Below are positions 19,973-29,279 of a stretch of DNA of 64,000 bases, piece by piece. Made by a program: the position numbers and the translations under genes. Origin of the DNA: Actinomycetota bacterium (GTDB lineage Bacteria > Actinomycetota > Acidimicrobiia > Actinomarinales > Actinomarinaceae). The stretch is taken from assembly GCA_014384285.1 (NCBI GenBank), contig JACNGE010000009.1, forward strand, positions 13,799-77,798, in the 5' to 3' direction. The notes beneath the pieces are model-generated. The model did not search any database, was not told where the DNA came from, and was given only the letters and a program-made list of their open reading frames with translations. How positions within the stretch are numbered: the first letter of the stretch is position 1; every line of letters starts with the position of its first letter.

Positions 19973-20801
19973 TTAATTCAGCCAGATTGGAATACAAAGC
20001 CGAAACAGTTATTGGTCCAATTCCTCCAGGAAATGGTGATCTACTAGATAAATAATTTTCTAATCCATTGGGATCTATATCACCAGTATTTTTTCCATCC
20101 TTATTCGAAATCCCTATATCGATAACAACACTTCCTTCTTTAAACGAGTCTTTAGAAAATAATTTACCCTTGCCAACTGCAGAAATAAAAATATCCGATT
20201 GCTTGATAAAAGAGTCAATATTTGAAGTTTTGCTATGTACAACAGTAACGTTTCCATTGTATTTCTTATTACTTAAAATTTTTGAGAGTGGAGAGGTGAC
20301 TAGTCTAGATCTTCCAGCTATCACAATGTTCTTATCTTCTGTCGGTATGTTGTAATATTTAAGAAGTTCAAGAACTGCGAGTGACGTAGCTGGCAATATT
20401 TTAAAGTTTTTAGTATATAAATGACCAAGGTTGTAAGTTGTTAAACCGTCAACATCTAAAGAAGGTGGTATTAGATTAACAATCTCTTCAAAGTCGAGAT
20501 GTTTGGGCAAAGGTAACTGAACAATAATCCCTTGTGAAGTTTTTGTAGATTCCTCAATAGCTTCTAAAACATTTTTAGATGAAGAATCTTGTGGTAATTT
20601 AACCCAATTGAATTTTACTCCTAGTTCTTTAGCTTTATCTTCTTTTCTTGAAACGTATAAAAGAGATGCAGGGTTGTCTCCAACTGTAATGGCTGTGAGA
20701 GTTGGTGGATTACCATTTTTTATTAAATACTCATCTATATGATTTTTACTTTTCTCATCAAGCAAGTTTGCTACAGGTTTTCCAAAGAGTATTTGTTCCA
20801 T
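19965..20801 (-). CDS. folD: bifunctional methylene-THF dehydrogenase/cyclohydrolase
   Basis: YVSRK, GIIVQLPLP, DVDG, GRS, DIGI, PGGIGPIT. Confidence 0.93.
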   Translation of the reverse strand: MEQILFGKPVANLLDEKSKNHIDEYLIKNGNPPTLTAITVGDNPASLLYVSRKEDKAKELGVKFNWVKLPQDSSSKNVLEAIEESTKTSQGIIVQLPLPKHLDFEEIVNLIPPSLDVDGLTTYNLGHLYTKNFKILPATSLAVLELLKYYNIPTEDKNIVIAGRSRLVTSPLSKILSNKKYNGNVTVVHSKTSNIDSFIKQSDIFISAVGKGKLFSKDSFKEGSVVIDIGISNKDGKNTGDIDPNGLENYLSSRSPFPGGIGPITVSALYSNLAELIK

Positions 20802-20875
20802 AAATGTATAGTTTAATAAAACCTAAGCATAGTTTTTAATTAATTATGGTTAAAATACTCCATGAAAGAAACATT

Positions 20876-22066
20876 ATGAAAATTTCTGATTTAAACAACT
20901 CAATAACACCATCTGGAACAATGGCTATCTCTAATAAAGCGAGATTACTAAAACAGCAAGGTAAGCCTGTAATAGGATTTGGAGCAGGTGAACCCGACTT
21001 TCCAACACCAAGCTATGTGATAAAGGATGTTCAAACTGCAGCTGAAGATCCTATCAATCATAAATACTCACCTGTAGCCGGTTTAGACATCCTCAAAGAT
21101 GAGATTGTGAGAACAAGTAAGTTGTATTCGGGTTTCAATGTTCAGAATGAAAATGTTTTAGTAAGTAATGGTGGAAAGCATGCAATTCTAACTACATTTA
21201 TGTCAATATTAAATCCGGGCGATGAAGTATTGATTCCATCTCCTTATTGGACTACTTATCCTGAAGCAGTAAAAATCTCAGGGGGTAATCCGGTGATTGT
21301 AGATACTTCCTTTGAGGATGAATTCAAAATAAACACTGAACAACTTGATGGTCTGAAAACTGATAAAACAAAAATTTTAGTTTGGGTTTCTCCATCTAAT
21401 CCTACTGGTGTTGTTTACTCAAAAGATGAAGCAGAGGCAATTTATGAATGGGCATTTCAAAATGATGTTTGGATATTATCCGATGAACTATATGAACATC
21501 TAGTATATGACGGAAATACCTCTCCTTCACCTGCTCAGTATGACGCACAATTACGCAATACTATTGTTATAAACGGAGTTGCGAAAGCTTACTCAATGAC
21601 AGGGTGGAGAGTGGGTTGGATAATTGCTAATACAGAAGTAATTAATATGGCAAAAAAGATACAATCTCATGCAACATCGAATGTATCCAATTTGTCTCAA
21701 ATAGCGGCTTATTCAGCTCTAAAAAATGGTCTTACTGAAACTGAGATTATGAAAGAAAGTTTCAACAGAAGAAGATTGTTTGCATTTCAAGAATTTTCTA
21801 ATATTCCAAATGTAAAAACTATTAAGCCAAATGGTGCTTTCTATCTCTTTCCAGATATAAGCTATTACTGTGATGGAAAAATCATTAACAATGTAAATAA
21901 TTCAATAGATTTTTGTAATTGGCTATTAGATGAATATTACATTGCATTTGTTCCTGGTGAAGTTTTTGGCAAAAATGGTTTCTTACGGTGTTCCTACGCC
22001 CTAAGTGATGGCAATCTTCAAGAAGGTTTAGGACGACTCACTAAGGCCATTAAAGACCTGCAATGA
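20876..22066 (+). CDS. class I/II PLP aminotransferase (aspartate aminotransferase-like); alternative start at 20846
   Basis: GAGEPDFPTP, SPSNPTG, SDELYEHL, AKAYSMTGWRVGW (PLP lysine). Confidence 0.9.
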   Translation: MKISDLNNSITPSGTMAISNKARLLKQQGKPVIGFGAGEPDFPTPSYVIKDVQTAAEDPINHKYSPVAGLDILKDEIVRTSKLYSGFNVQNENVLVSNGGKHAILTTFMSILNPGDEVLIPSPYWTTYPEAVKISGGNPVIVDTSFEDEFKINTEQLDGLKTDKTKILVWVSPSNPTGVVYSKDEAEAIYEWAFQNDVWILSDELYEHLVYDGNTSPSPAQYDAQLRNTIVINGVAKAYSMTGWRVGWIIANTEVINMAKKIQSHATSNVSNLSQIAAYSALKNGLTETEIMKESFNRRRLFAFQEFSNIPNVKTIKPNGAFYLFPDISYYCDGKIINNVNNSIDFCNWLLDEYYIAFVPGEVFGKNGFLRCSYALSDGNLQEGLGRLTKAIKDLQ

Positions 22067-23277
22067 ACAAGGTGAAAAAGCGGAGTTTATATTCTTGGCT
22101 CTTCTTTGATTTAGCAAATACAGTATATGCTTTCGTAATTCCAGGTTTATATTTTTCTGTTTGGTTAGTTAGCGAACAAGGGTGGACAGATCAAGCCCTA
22201 GGGTTTGCTACTTCTGGAGCAATGGTTGTTGTTGCAATCTTAGGCCCTTGGGTTGGAGCAAGGTCGGACGGATCTCAAGGAAAAAAACCACTTCTCTTAG
22301 TAACCACATTAATTTGCATAACCGCTACATTTTTACTTGGTACATTCAATGTAAGTGTTTCTGTATTACTATTTGTAATTTCTTTAATAGGCTTTAATTT
22401 GGGTTCAGTTGTTTACGATGCGTTATTAGTTTCTGTAAGTTCACCAGAAAATAGAGGGAAAATATCAGGCCTTGGAGTTTCTTTCGGTTACATAGGTTCC
22501 TTACTTGGTTTTGCTGTTGCCACTATATTGCAAAATTTTGGATACAGCTATATTGAGATATTCAGATCTGTAGCAATCATGTTTTTAATATTTTCTCTTC
22601 CTGCGTTTATTTTCATTGAAGAGAAAAAAGTTGGAGAAAAAAAATCAACAATTAAAATAACAGAATCTATATCACTTGTTATTCAATCTTGGAAACACTC
22701 AAGGAAATATCCTGGACTAACAAGATTCCTAATTGGAAGATTCTTTTATGCAGATGCAATAAATACTCTAATTAGTGGTCTGTTAGCGGTCTACCTAGTA
22801 GAGGAAGTTGGATTGACCCCCACGGATAGCCAAAATTTGCTTGGACTAGCAATTATTATTTCTATAATAGGTGGTTATGTATTTGGTAAGGCAGCTGATA
22901 GGTATGGACCTCGCAAATTAACATTAGTAAGTTTAATATGTTGGATGTTATCTTTGTCAATCGCAATAATTGCAACAGAATTTAATCAATTATGGCTTAT
23001 CTATGTCACAGGAGTGCTTGGTGGATTTAACATAGGCGGAATTTTTGCAGTTGATAGAGTCTTTATGACAAGATTAAGTCCTGAACAACACCTAGGAGAA
23101 TTTTATGGCCTTTACTCAACGGTAGGAAGATTTGCTACAATACTTGGACCATTATTGTGGGGACTAGTCGTAAATACCCTCGGGTATGGTAGAAATGCAG
23201 CAATGGGGGTTCTAATAGTTCTGCTAGCAATATCTTTTTATATAATTAAAGGTGTATCAGATAAGCAGACTGTTTAG
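22063..23277 (+). CDS. MFS transporter, UMF1/Atg22-like family (paralogue)
   Basis: WLFFDLAN, YDALL, GKISGLG...GYIG, DAINT, GEFYGLY...GR. Confidence 0.82.
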   Translation: MNKVKKRSLYSWLFFDLANTVYAFVIPGLYFSVWLVSEQGWTDQALGFATSGAMVVVAILGPWVGARSDGSQGKKPLLLVTTLICITATFLLGTFNVSVSVLLFVISLIGFNLGSVVYDALLVSVSSPENRGKISGLGVSFGYIGSLLGFAVATILQNFGYSYIEIFRSVAIMFLIFSLPAFIFIEEKKVGEKKSTIKITESISLVIQSWKHSRKYPGLTRFLIGRFFYADAINTLISGLLAVYLVEEVGLTPTDSQNLLGLAIIISIIGGYVFGKAADRYGPRKLTLVSLICWMLSLSIAIIATEFNQLWLIYVTGVLGGFNIGGIFAVDRVFMTRLSPEQHLGEFYGLYSTVGRFATILGPLLWGLVVNTLGYGRNAAMGVLIVLLAISFYIIKGVSDKQTV

Positions 23278-23615
23278 AAAAAAAAGTATCTTTTTCTCTT
23301 TTTTGAAGCTTCTAGTTCTTCTCTAGTATTTTTTAATTTTTCTCTTAAAAATTCTGCTTCAGCTTCTGATTTGGCGGCTCGTTCACGTGCTTCAGCCATT
23401 AGTTGATTTGCTTCATGAAGATTGCCCAGCTGATTCAAAACAGTCTGCCATGCTTCAAGAGGTACAATCAGATTGTTATCTTCATTTTGACTTTGAGTAC
23501 TTTCTAAGTTTTCAACCCCAGTATTTTCTTCTGATTCGTGATCTTCGTCTGAGTTTTTATTCTTATCAGAAAAAAAACCATACTTTTTAGACATTCGATC
23601 TTCATAGGAAGACAT
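23274..23615 (-). CDS. hypothetical protein with an acidic N-region and a coiled coil
   Basis: ORF fills the gap and is coupled to the upstream gene; heptad-rich segment LGNLHEANQLMAEARERAAKSEAEAEFLREKL. Confidence 0.7.
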   Translation of the reverse strand: MSSYEDRMSKKYGFFSDKNKNSDEDHESEENTGVENLESTQSQNEDNNLIVPLEAWQTVLNQLGNLHEANQLMAEARERAAKSEAEAEFLREKLKNTREELEASKKRKRYFFF

Positions 23616-24550
23616 TATACAAATTCTTCCTTTAATGTTTCAAGTGTTGGGTAATCAAACGTGAATCCAGCCGCAAGCAGTTTCTCAGGAATGGCTCTGA
23701 TACTATTAAGTCCAAGACTTTCTCCTAACTCCCACCCAACTGCAAGTTTCATCAATACTTCAGGCACAGGAGGGAAAAAATATGATTTATTCATTACCTT
23801 AGCTATAACTCTTGCAAAATCTTTTTGCATTAAAGGTTCTGGTGACGTAATATTTACGGGACCTTCTAAATTACTATTTTCTAAACAAAAATTATATGCC
23901 CTCGCAACATCATTTACAGAGATCCAGGAAAAATATTGATTTCCTTTTCCAATTGGACTTGCAATATTTAATTTTGTAATCAAGGTAAAGATATCAGTTG
24001 CAACATTCCCTTTACCAAGCATTATGCCTGCTCTAGCGCATACAACACGTACTCCCATATTTTTCAATTCATACAGAGGCTCTTCCCAACACTCTTCAGC
24101 AACTAATTGTAAAAACTGCCCTTTATTAAATGTTGTGTCTTCTGTTACAACCTTGTCACCTTGATCTCCATAAATATCATTACCAGATGCAGTAATAAAT
24201 ATTTTTGGATGATTTTCTAATGACTTGTATGTTGAAACGAATAAATCAGCAGCCCATTTTCTTGACCAATATATTCTTGATTTTCTTTCTTTACTCCATC
24301 GCCCACCAGAGAAAGGTAAGAATCCAAGTAAATCTTTTGGTGCGATACTTTCACCTGCGAGATGTATTATTGCATCAAGTTCTTGAAATTTTTCTGTATC
24401 AATTTCTTGTTTTGAAGGACTCCAATATATTTCCTTATCATTTTTGACTGATCTTCTTACAAATTTGTATACGATATGATTATTTGCTTCTAGTTCCTTG
24501 ACAACCTTTTTGCCTACATACCCACTAGCTCCGGTTACCCCAACCTTCAT
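23615..24550 (-). CDS. TIGR01777 family NAD-dependent epimerase-like protein
   Basis: VTGASGYVG, IHLAGE, RW....K..I..SR, G.Q..SWI..DV, P.KL..GF.F. Confidence 0.88.
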   Translation of the reverse strand: MKVGVTGASGYVGKKVVKELEANNHIVYKFVRRSVKNDKEIYWSPSKQEIDTEKFQELDAIIHLAGESIAPKDLLGFLPFSGGRWSKERKSRIYWSRKWAADLFVSTYKSLENHPKIFITASGNDIYGDQGDKVVTEDTTFNKGQFLQLVAEECWEEPLYELKNMGVRVVCARAGIMLGKGNVATDIFTLITKLNIASPIGKGNQYFSWISVNDVARAYNFCLENSNLEGPVNITSPEPLMQKDFARVIAKVMNKSYFFPPVPEVLMKLAVGWELGESLGLNSIRAIPEKLLAAGFTFDYPTLETLKEEFV

Positions 24551-24846
24551 TCTTCTTCTCCATAAAATAGAAAGAAGTCTTCAATTTGCTTTGAAAAATC
24601 TTCAATACCAGTTCCTAAGTTTTTATCAAAGTTCACTGTAACAACATTCGATTGAATAAAAATACTTTCTATATCTTGGGAATATTTAAACAACCTTAAT
24701 GCTAATTGTGCGCTTACCTCATTATGCAAAGAGGCATCAGCAATATTGTGATAAGTAACTCCATCTTGTCCTGATAGTGATCTGTTTAAGTCAAAGATTA
24801 TATTTTTATGGAAGGAGGTAGCTTTTAATTCAATTTTTTGTCCCAT
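24547..24846 (-). CDS. Nfu/NifU N-terminal scaffold-like domain protein (tentative)
   Basis: F..NRSLSG...Y, LA.RLF....I.SIFI.SNVVTV pattern; coupled within the pyk operon. Confidence 0.55.
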   Translation of the reverse strand: MGQKIELKATSFHKNIIFDLNRSLSGQDGVTYHNIADASLHNEVSAQLALRLFKYSQDIESIFIQSNVVTVNFDKNLGTGIEDFSKQIEDFFLFYGEEE

Positions 24847-26240
24847 TATTCTCCTATTTTCATAACTCTTAATAAATTAGTTGCTGCCTCTTGATTAGGA
24901 GGTGTACCTGCAACAATAACAACTTTATCATTTTTTTTGAAGTTTTTATTGGTTTGCAACCAAGAATCTGCAATTTGAAACATTTCTTCGGTTGAGTCGA
25001 ATCTTTCTATTTTTGTCTGCTCAACACCCCACAAGATATTCATTTGTCTTAAAGTGAGATCTTTTGCACTAAATGTGATAATTGGAGCACTGGGTCTATA
25101 GTTTGAAATTAATAGAGGTGTCCTTCCAGTCTCTGTGTATGCGACTATTGCTTTAGCTTCAATGTCATTTGCAACTTGTACAGCAGCTTTTGCTAGTGAG
25201 GTAGCAAAAGTGTCTACTGCTGATAGAGTTTTAAATCTCATTGATGAGTAATGATTGTTAGAATCAGCTTCCTCACAGATTGATGACATAACTTTAACGA
25301 CTACATTTGGATGTTCGCCAATAGAGGTTTCTGCTGAAAGCATAACCGCATCGGTACCATCAAGGATTGCATTTGTAATATCTGTGACCTCTGCTCTTGT
25401 TGGTCGGAATGAACTTTTCATAGATTGCAACATTTCAGTAGCTGTGATGGAAATTTTTCCTTTGTAATTTGCAGTATCAAGAATCTTTTTTTGGGCAAAA
25501 GGTACCTGCTCAAGTGGGAGTTGAACGCCTAAATCCCCTCTAGCAACCATAACTCCGTCAGCTTCATCTATAATTGAATCTAAATTATTCATAGCTTCTT
25601 TTAGCTCAATCTTGGCTATGATTTTGATTTCTGTGTTAACAAGTTTTCTTACTTCTCTTATGTCAGATGCTTTCCTGACAAATGAAACAGCCACGATATC
25701 AACACCAATTTCTTCACCAAAAATTAGATCTTCTTTATCTTTTAAGGTTATTGCTGATACTGAAAGTTGTGAATCAGGAAAAGCTACTCCTTGGTTGTCT
25801 CTAAGTTCCCCTCCAACCTCGACTAAAGCTTTCATATTGCTTACATCTGATTCAGTTACTCTAAGAATGATTTGACCATCGTCGATAAATATTCTTTCTC
25901 CTGTTTTTATATCTTTCAATAAATTTTCATAATTTATGCACATTCCAGTAGCATTTGAATTTGAATCAGAGTTTGTGATATCTATTGTTTGGCCAGCATC
26001 GTAAAAAGTTCCCGAATCTGCCTTACCTGTTCTAATTTTAGGACCCTGGATATCTTGCATAATCGCAATTGGTTTAGAATATTCTCTTGCCCAAGAAACT
26101 ACTTGTTTATGATCTTCGTATGAGCCATGTGAAAAATTAAGCCTAAGTACATTTACACCGGATTCAATTAACTCATGAATTTTTTCTTTTGTATGAACAC
26201 TTGGTCCAACTGTTGCAATTATTTTTGTTTTTCTATTCAT
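24846..26240 (-). CDS. pyk: pyruvate kinase (start corrected to MNRKTKII)
   Basis: RKTKIIATVGP, RLNFSHG, DIQGPKIR, IAKIE, MVARGDLG, PTRAEVTD. Confidence 0.96.
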   Translation of the reverse strand: MNRKTKIIATVGPSVHTKEKIHELIESGVNVLRLNFSHGSYEDHKQVVSWAREYSKPIAIMQDIQGPKIRTGKADSGTFYDAGQTIDITNSDSNSNATGMCINYENLLKDIKTGERIFIDDGQIILRVTESDVSNMKALVEVGGELRDNQGVAFPDSQLSVSAITLKDKEDLIFGEEIGVDIVAVSFVRKASDIREVRKLVNTEIKIIAKIELKEAMNNLDSIIDEADGVMVARGDLGVQLPLEQVPFAQKKILDTANYKGKISITATEMLQSMKSSFRPTRAEVTDITNAILDGTDAVMLSAETSIGEHPNVVVKVMSSICEEADSNNHYSSMRFKTLSAVDTFATSLAKAAVQVANDIEAKAIVAYTETGRTPLLISNYRPSAPIITFSAKDLTLRQMNILWGVEQTKIERFDSTEEMFQIADSWLQTNKNFKKNDKVVIVAGTPPNQEAATNLLRVMKIGE

Positions 26241-26283
26241 TTCATTTACTAACCTAATAGCATGGTAAAGCAAAAAAAAGATT

Positions 26284-26892
26284 ATGAATAAAAGTTTTTT
26301 AATTGGAATTCCTATAAGAGATTTAATTAATCCTATGTCTAGATTATCAACAGTTCTATCAGGTGAGGAAAGAATACAACTGTCAAAAAATTTGATTATC
26401 AATCTTCAAAATTCATTTGCTTCAATTGAAACAGAGATATATATCATCAGCAACAGTCCTGATGTAGAAATATTTTGTAATAATAATAATTTAAAATTTT
26501 TTAGAAGTAACAAAGACGGGCTCAATCAGGAAATAAAATACTTTTTAAAACACATGAGTAAATTTAAATATTGGACAGTAGTTCATGGTGATTTACCATA
26601 TGTTACAAAACACTTTGCAAGTGTCTGGAAAAAACTATGTGTAGAAAAAGATATTGTAATTGCAGAAAGTAAAGACAACGGAACTCCTATTTTTGGAGGG
26701 AGTGTTAAGTTCAGCAAATTCTCATACGGAGAAAATAGCTATACCAAACATTTAAATATTTTAGAAAATAATTCGTATAAGTTTGAAAAAGTATTCCATA
26801 AAGAATTTTATTTTGAAATTGATGATGAAAGTGACTACAAAGATTTTCTTAACAACCCACCAAGATGGTATAGAAAAATAGATAACTTTTAG
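26284..26892 (+). CDS. cofC: CofC/FbiD-like 2-phospho-L-lactate/PEP guanylyltransferase (F420 biosynthesis)
   Basis: IPI......SRLS.VLS..ER, GLN, HGDLP, DNGT, F.YG..S...H, EIDD..D; divergent member. Confidence 0.7.
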   Translation: MNKSFLIGIPIRDLINPMSRLSTVLSGEERIQLSKNLIINLQNSFASIETEIYIISNSPDVEIFCNNNNLKFFRSNKDGLNQEIKYFLKHMSKFKYWTVVHGDLPYVTKHFASVWKKLCVEKDIVIAESKDNGTPIFGGSVKFSKFSYGENSYTKHLNILENNSYKFEKVFHKEFYFEIDDESDYKDFLNNPPRWYRKIDNF

Positions 26893-26965
26893 CAGCCCCG
26901 ACCGGATTTGAACCGGCGTTTCCGCCTTGAGAGGGCGGCGTCCTAGGCCTCTGGACGACGGGGCC
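26893..26965 (-). tRNA. tRNA-Glu(CUC), CCA not encoded
   Basis: GGCCCCG/CGGGGCT acceptor stem, anticodon arm CCGCC-CT-CTC-AA-GGCGG, T-loop TTCAAAT. Confidence 0.95.
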
Positions 26966-26969
26966 TCTG

Positions 26970-27041
26970 CTCGGGGAGAAGGATTTGAACCCTCAACGAT
27001 GGGACCAGAACCCATTGTGTTGCCAATTACACCATCCCCGA
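26970..27041 (-). tRNA. tRNA-Gln(CUG), CCA not encoded
   Basis: TCGGGGA/TCCCCGA acceptor stem (U1-A72), anticodon arm ATGGG-TT-CTG-GT-CCCAT. Confidence 0.95.
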
Positions 27042-27048
27042 AGGATAG

Positions 27049-27121
27049 CAGCCCCGACCGGATTCGAACCGGCGTTTCTGGGTTGAAAACCCAGCGTCCT
27101 AGGCCTCTGGACGACGGGGCC
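27049..27121 (-). tRNA. tRNA-Glu(UUC), CCA not encoded
   Basis: Same body as the other Glu tRNA; anticodon arm CTGGG-TT-TTC-AA-CCCAG, T-loop TTCGAAT. Confidence 0.95.
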
Positions 27122-27160
27122 GTATAAGTAATAAGAATATATTAATTAGATTATTAATTG

Positions 27161-28471
27161 TTACAAATTTTCAATTGTTTCTGCGAGTCTAGCTAAGGTT
27201 CCTTCTTTGCCTAATGCGTAAATTGATTCAAATAATGGCGGGCTAATTTTTGTTCCAGTTATTGAGACCCTTGCTATCTGAAATCCTACTTTTGGTTTTA
27301 GTTCTTTTGCTTTTAATTCATCTCTCATTAAATTTTCAATATTAGTTAATGAAAATTCATTTAATGTTTTAAATTTTTCTCTGATTGAACTGAGGTATTC
27401 TTGTCCCTCTGGTGTGTTTACGCTATTCCAATCTTCTTCGTTAATATAAAATGGTTCATCTAATAAAAATTTAACTTGAGGGATTAAATCATTCAAAGTT
27501 TCTAGCCTCTCTTGAACAGAGGGCATTATTTTGTTAAGTCGATAAATCTCTTTTTCAAATAGCTCTCTATCTAGATTGCTTTCTATTGTAAGCAAAGCAG
27601 ATTCAATAAAATCATCTTTTTTTATATTTCTTATATATTGACCATTCATCCAAAGAAGCTTGGTCGTATCAAAAATAGCTGGATTTGGTAATACTTTGTT
27701 TAAATCGAACTTTTCTATTGCAAAATCTTTACTAAAAATTTCTAAATCATCGCCTGGAGCCCACCCAAGTAAACACATGTAATTAAACAAAGCTTCTGGT
27801 AATAATCCTTTTTCTTTAAAAGAATTTACAGATGTGTCACCATGTCGCTTACTTAACTTTTTACCATCTGGTCCGAATAATAAAGGTAAATGACAAAAAG
27901 TGGGTACATCTGCATTTAAGGCTTGCATTAAGAGAATGTGTTTAGGAGTTGAGGAAAGTATATCTTCTCCCCTTGCAATAGTTGTAATTTCATAATCTAT
28001 ATCATCCACTGTTGATGCAAGGTGATATGTAGGAGACTTGTCAGATCTTAAAATGATAAAATCTTCAACATCTGCTAATTCAAATTTCATTGAGCCACGT
28101 GTAATATCTTCAAAAGTAACAGAATTTTCATTTGGGACCTTAAATCTTATTGCTCCCTCATCTTCATATGCTAAGTCTTTAGCAACCAGGGATTCAGCAA
28201 TTTCTCTATACCTGTCAAAACGTAAAGATTGTTTATATTCACCATGTGGGCCACCAACTTCTATACCTTCGTCCCAATCAATCCCTAGCCACTTAAAGTT
28301 TTGTATGATATCTTTAATGTATTCATCACTAGACCTTAAGGTATCAGTGTCATCAATTCTTACTAGGAATGTTCCATTATTTGCGCGCGCGTATAACCAG
28401 TTAAATAGTGCAGTTCTTGCGTTACCAATGTGAAGAAAACCCGTTGGAGATGGAGCTATTCGTAATTTCAT
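27161..28471 (-). CDS. gltX: glutamate--tRNA ligase (probably non-discriminating, since gatCAB is nearby)
   Basis: RIAPSPTG.LHIGNAR, RIDDTD, RGED, KKLSKR. Confidence 0.96.
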   Translation of the reverse strand: MKLRIAPSPTGFLHIGNARTALFNWLYARANNGTFLVRIDDTDTLRSSDEYIKDIIQNFKWLGIDWDEGIEVGGPHGEYKQSLRFDRYREIAESLVAKDLAYEDEGAIRFKVPNENSVTFEDITRGSMKFELADVEDFIILRSDKSPTYHLASTVDDIDYEITTIARGEDILSSTPKHILLMQALNADVPTFCHLPLLFGPDGKKLSKRHGDTSVNSFKEKGLLPEALFNYMCLLGWAPGDDLEIFSKDFAIEKFDLNKVLPNPAIFDTTKLLWMNGQYIRNIKKDDFIESALLTIESNLDRELFEKEIYRLNKIMPSVQERLETLNDLIPQVKFLLDEPFYINEEDWNSVNTPEGQEYLSSIREKFKTLNEFSLTNIENLMRDELKAKELKPKVGFQIARVSITGTKISPPLFESIYALGKEGTLARLAETIENL

Positions 28472-28474
28472 AAA

Positions 28475-29245
28475 TTACTCAACTGTATTAATTTGTATTC
28501 CAAGAGTCTCAATTTCAATCTTTATTTCATCTCCAGGTTCAACTTTACTGACACCCTCTGGTGTTCCAGTTAATATGACATCACCCGGTAGTAGGGTCAT
28601 TATTGATGATATAAATTCTAGAATTTCTCCAATTTTAAAAATCATATCCTTAGTATTACCATCTTGTTTTAACTCACCGTTAACATAAGATTTAATTTGA
28701 AGTTCAGGTGACTCTTCAAATTCAGTTTGTATGTACGGACCTAGTGGGCAGAAAGTATCGAATCCTTTAGCTCGAGTGAAATGACCAGTTTTTCCTTGAA
28801 GTACTCTTTCAGATAAGTCATTGGCGATTGTGAATCCTAAAACATGTTCTTTCCAATTATCTTGATTAATATTTTTAGAAACTTTTGATATAACTAATGC
28901 TAACTCAGCTTCATGGTCGACATGCTCTCCAATAGTTGGGTATTTAATTTTTTGACCAGATCCAATCACTGACGTAGACGGTTTAATAAAAATTACTGGG
29001 TGTTCTGGAAGGTTACTACTGTATTCAGGCAGTCCCATTTCTGCTGCATGTTTTGCATAGTTCTTAGCTATAGCAACAATTTTTGAAGGTAGTACTGGAG
29101 CTAGTAGTTCAATCTCGTCTAGATCATACACCTCTTCAGTATTTTCCCAAATAACAAATGGAGATCCATCGTAACGAGTTACTTTGTTTTCATGCAATTC
29201 TCCATAAAATATATCATTTTCATATTTTGCTCTAACTATTTGCAT
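28475..29245 (-). CDS. fumarylacetoacetate hydrolase family protein
   Basis: PSKIVAI.KNY..H, FIKP, HEAELA, ND.S.R, AKGFDTFCPLGP, GDVILTGTP.GV. Confidence 0.9.
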   Translation of the reverse strand: MQIVRAKYENDIFYGELHENKVTRYDGSPFVIWENTEEVYDLDEIELLAPVLPSKIVAIAKNYAKHAAEMGLPEYSSNLPEHPVIFIKPSTSVIGSGQKIKYPTIGEHVDHEAELALVISKVSKNINQDNWKEHVLGFTIANDLSERVLQGKTGHFTRAKGFDTFCPLGPYIQTEFEESPELQIKSYVNGELKQDGNTKDMIFKIGEILEFISSIMTLLPGDVILTGTPEGVSKVEPGDEIKIEIETLGIQINTVE

Positions 29246-29279
29246 ATTAAGTACCTTATTGAATCCTAGTTATATGGGG

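Noticed and set aside
26241-26402. N-terminal extensions in the ORF track for pyk (also the antiporter to 15965, dapE to 35424, sodN to 57628)
   Set aside because: They overlap neighbouring real genes. Family N-termini and SD or overlap signals support the shorter starts.
26761-27127. ORFs 26761..27015 (-) and 26927..27127 (+)
   Set aside because: They are translations of the GC-rich tRNA cluster, and the apparent repeat is the two tRNA-Glu genes.
26893-27160. Integrative element at the tRNA cluster
   Set aside because: No integrase and no duplicated tRNA 3' end were seen, and housekeeping genes flank both sides.
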